NCBI GenBank assembly: GCA_020184695.1
Contig: JAANOX010000064.1
Span: forward strand, 1-64,000
Reading direction: 5' to 3'
Length of the DNA stretch: 64,000 bases
Origin: Histomonas meleagridis 2922-C6/04-290x
Taxonomy: Eukaryota; Protista; Parabasalia
Shown here: positions 63,453 to 64,000 of the stretch, in pieces
Position numbering within the stretch: the first letter of the stretch is position 1
Layout of the letters: every line of letters starts with the position of its first letter
Translations under genes and position numbers: made by a program
The notes under the pieces: model-generated
The model's input: the letters and a program-made list of their open reading frames with translations, nothing else
Told to the model about the DNA's origin: nothing
The model's database searches: none

Positions 63453-64000
63453 TTATATTTTTTAAATGATTTCTTTATGACATAAATTTATAGAATTATT
63501 CCAAACTTTCCGAGATTCTTTCAAAAATTATAAAATAAATGCAATTTATTAGCTTCAAAAACTTTTTAATCTATGTAAAAATAAAATTTTTTTTTTTTTG
63601 AAATAAAAATGTTAAATACTTCATTTATGAAATTATTAAGTTTCGCTATAAAAATATATACAAATAATAAAATACTTTAATGAATTGAATAAAACATATA
63701 AAATATGATTTTATAATAATGAAAATTCATGAAACTTAAATCCTTTATATGACTCACCATATGAAAGTTGTAACATTCAAAAATTATGTTTTTCTTGAAA
63801 TTATTCTGACTTATAGAAAAATACATTATTGCAAATGAAACTCTGGAAATTTTTCATTGTAAAACATTACAAGTTGGCGAGGACCCCAAAATTAATTTCC
63901 CAAAGATATCATCTCACTTTTGATTTGTAAACTTGACAATATTGAAATATCGGCATTTTTTGATTTGAGAGGATGACTTCACAAAAGTAAATGGAAAAAT

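Noticed and set aside
1-64000. rRNA, tRNA and intact transposable elements (Maverick, Tc1/mariner, MULE)
   Set aside because: No cloverleaf, rRNA-like segment, terminal inverted repeats or intact transposase/integrase motifs were recognised by eye.

Overview
AT-rich eukaryotic DNA from a parabasalid (trichomonad) protist, most likely a Tritrichomonas-like species. The basis is gene content (BspA-type LRR surface proteins, DUF3447-ankyrin proteins, trichomonad-type alpha-actinin, OsmC with a hydrogenosomal-type presequence), TCAY initiator motifs just upstream of start codons, and compact genes with no obvious introns. Housekeeping blocks lie at about 0.3-22.5 kb (RasGEF, C2 protein, maspardin, TSR3, SF3B3-like, PDI, ankyrins, WH2 protein, OsmC, porin-like, CEP76, MRE11), 34.1-36.9 kb (alpha-actinin) and 44.9-63.5 kb (CCT8, PES1, Hsp70-like, multi-RRM, DYRK, CEP192-like, subtilisin). 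Two accessory islands (22.5-34 kb and 36.9-44.7 kb) hold BspA genes, pseudogenes and interrupted ankyrin arrays. The most unusual signal is in those arrays. Stop-free 90-nt ankyrin modules alternate with a conserved 80-nt frame-breaking spacer (170-nt period), always at the same point of the ankyrin beta-hairpin. The spacer lacks canonical trichomonad intron signals. Other candidates are a small bacterial-toxin-like (HNH/EHHH-type) gene, a CEP192/SPD-2-like protein, a divergent beta-barrel porin, and BspA genes with swapped tails and long unrelated open N-terminal extensions. All family assignments come from motif recognition by eye; no searches were run.
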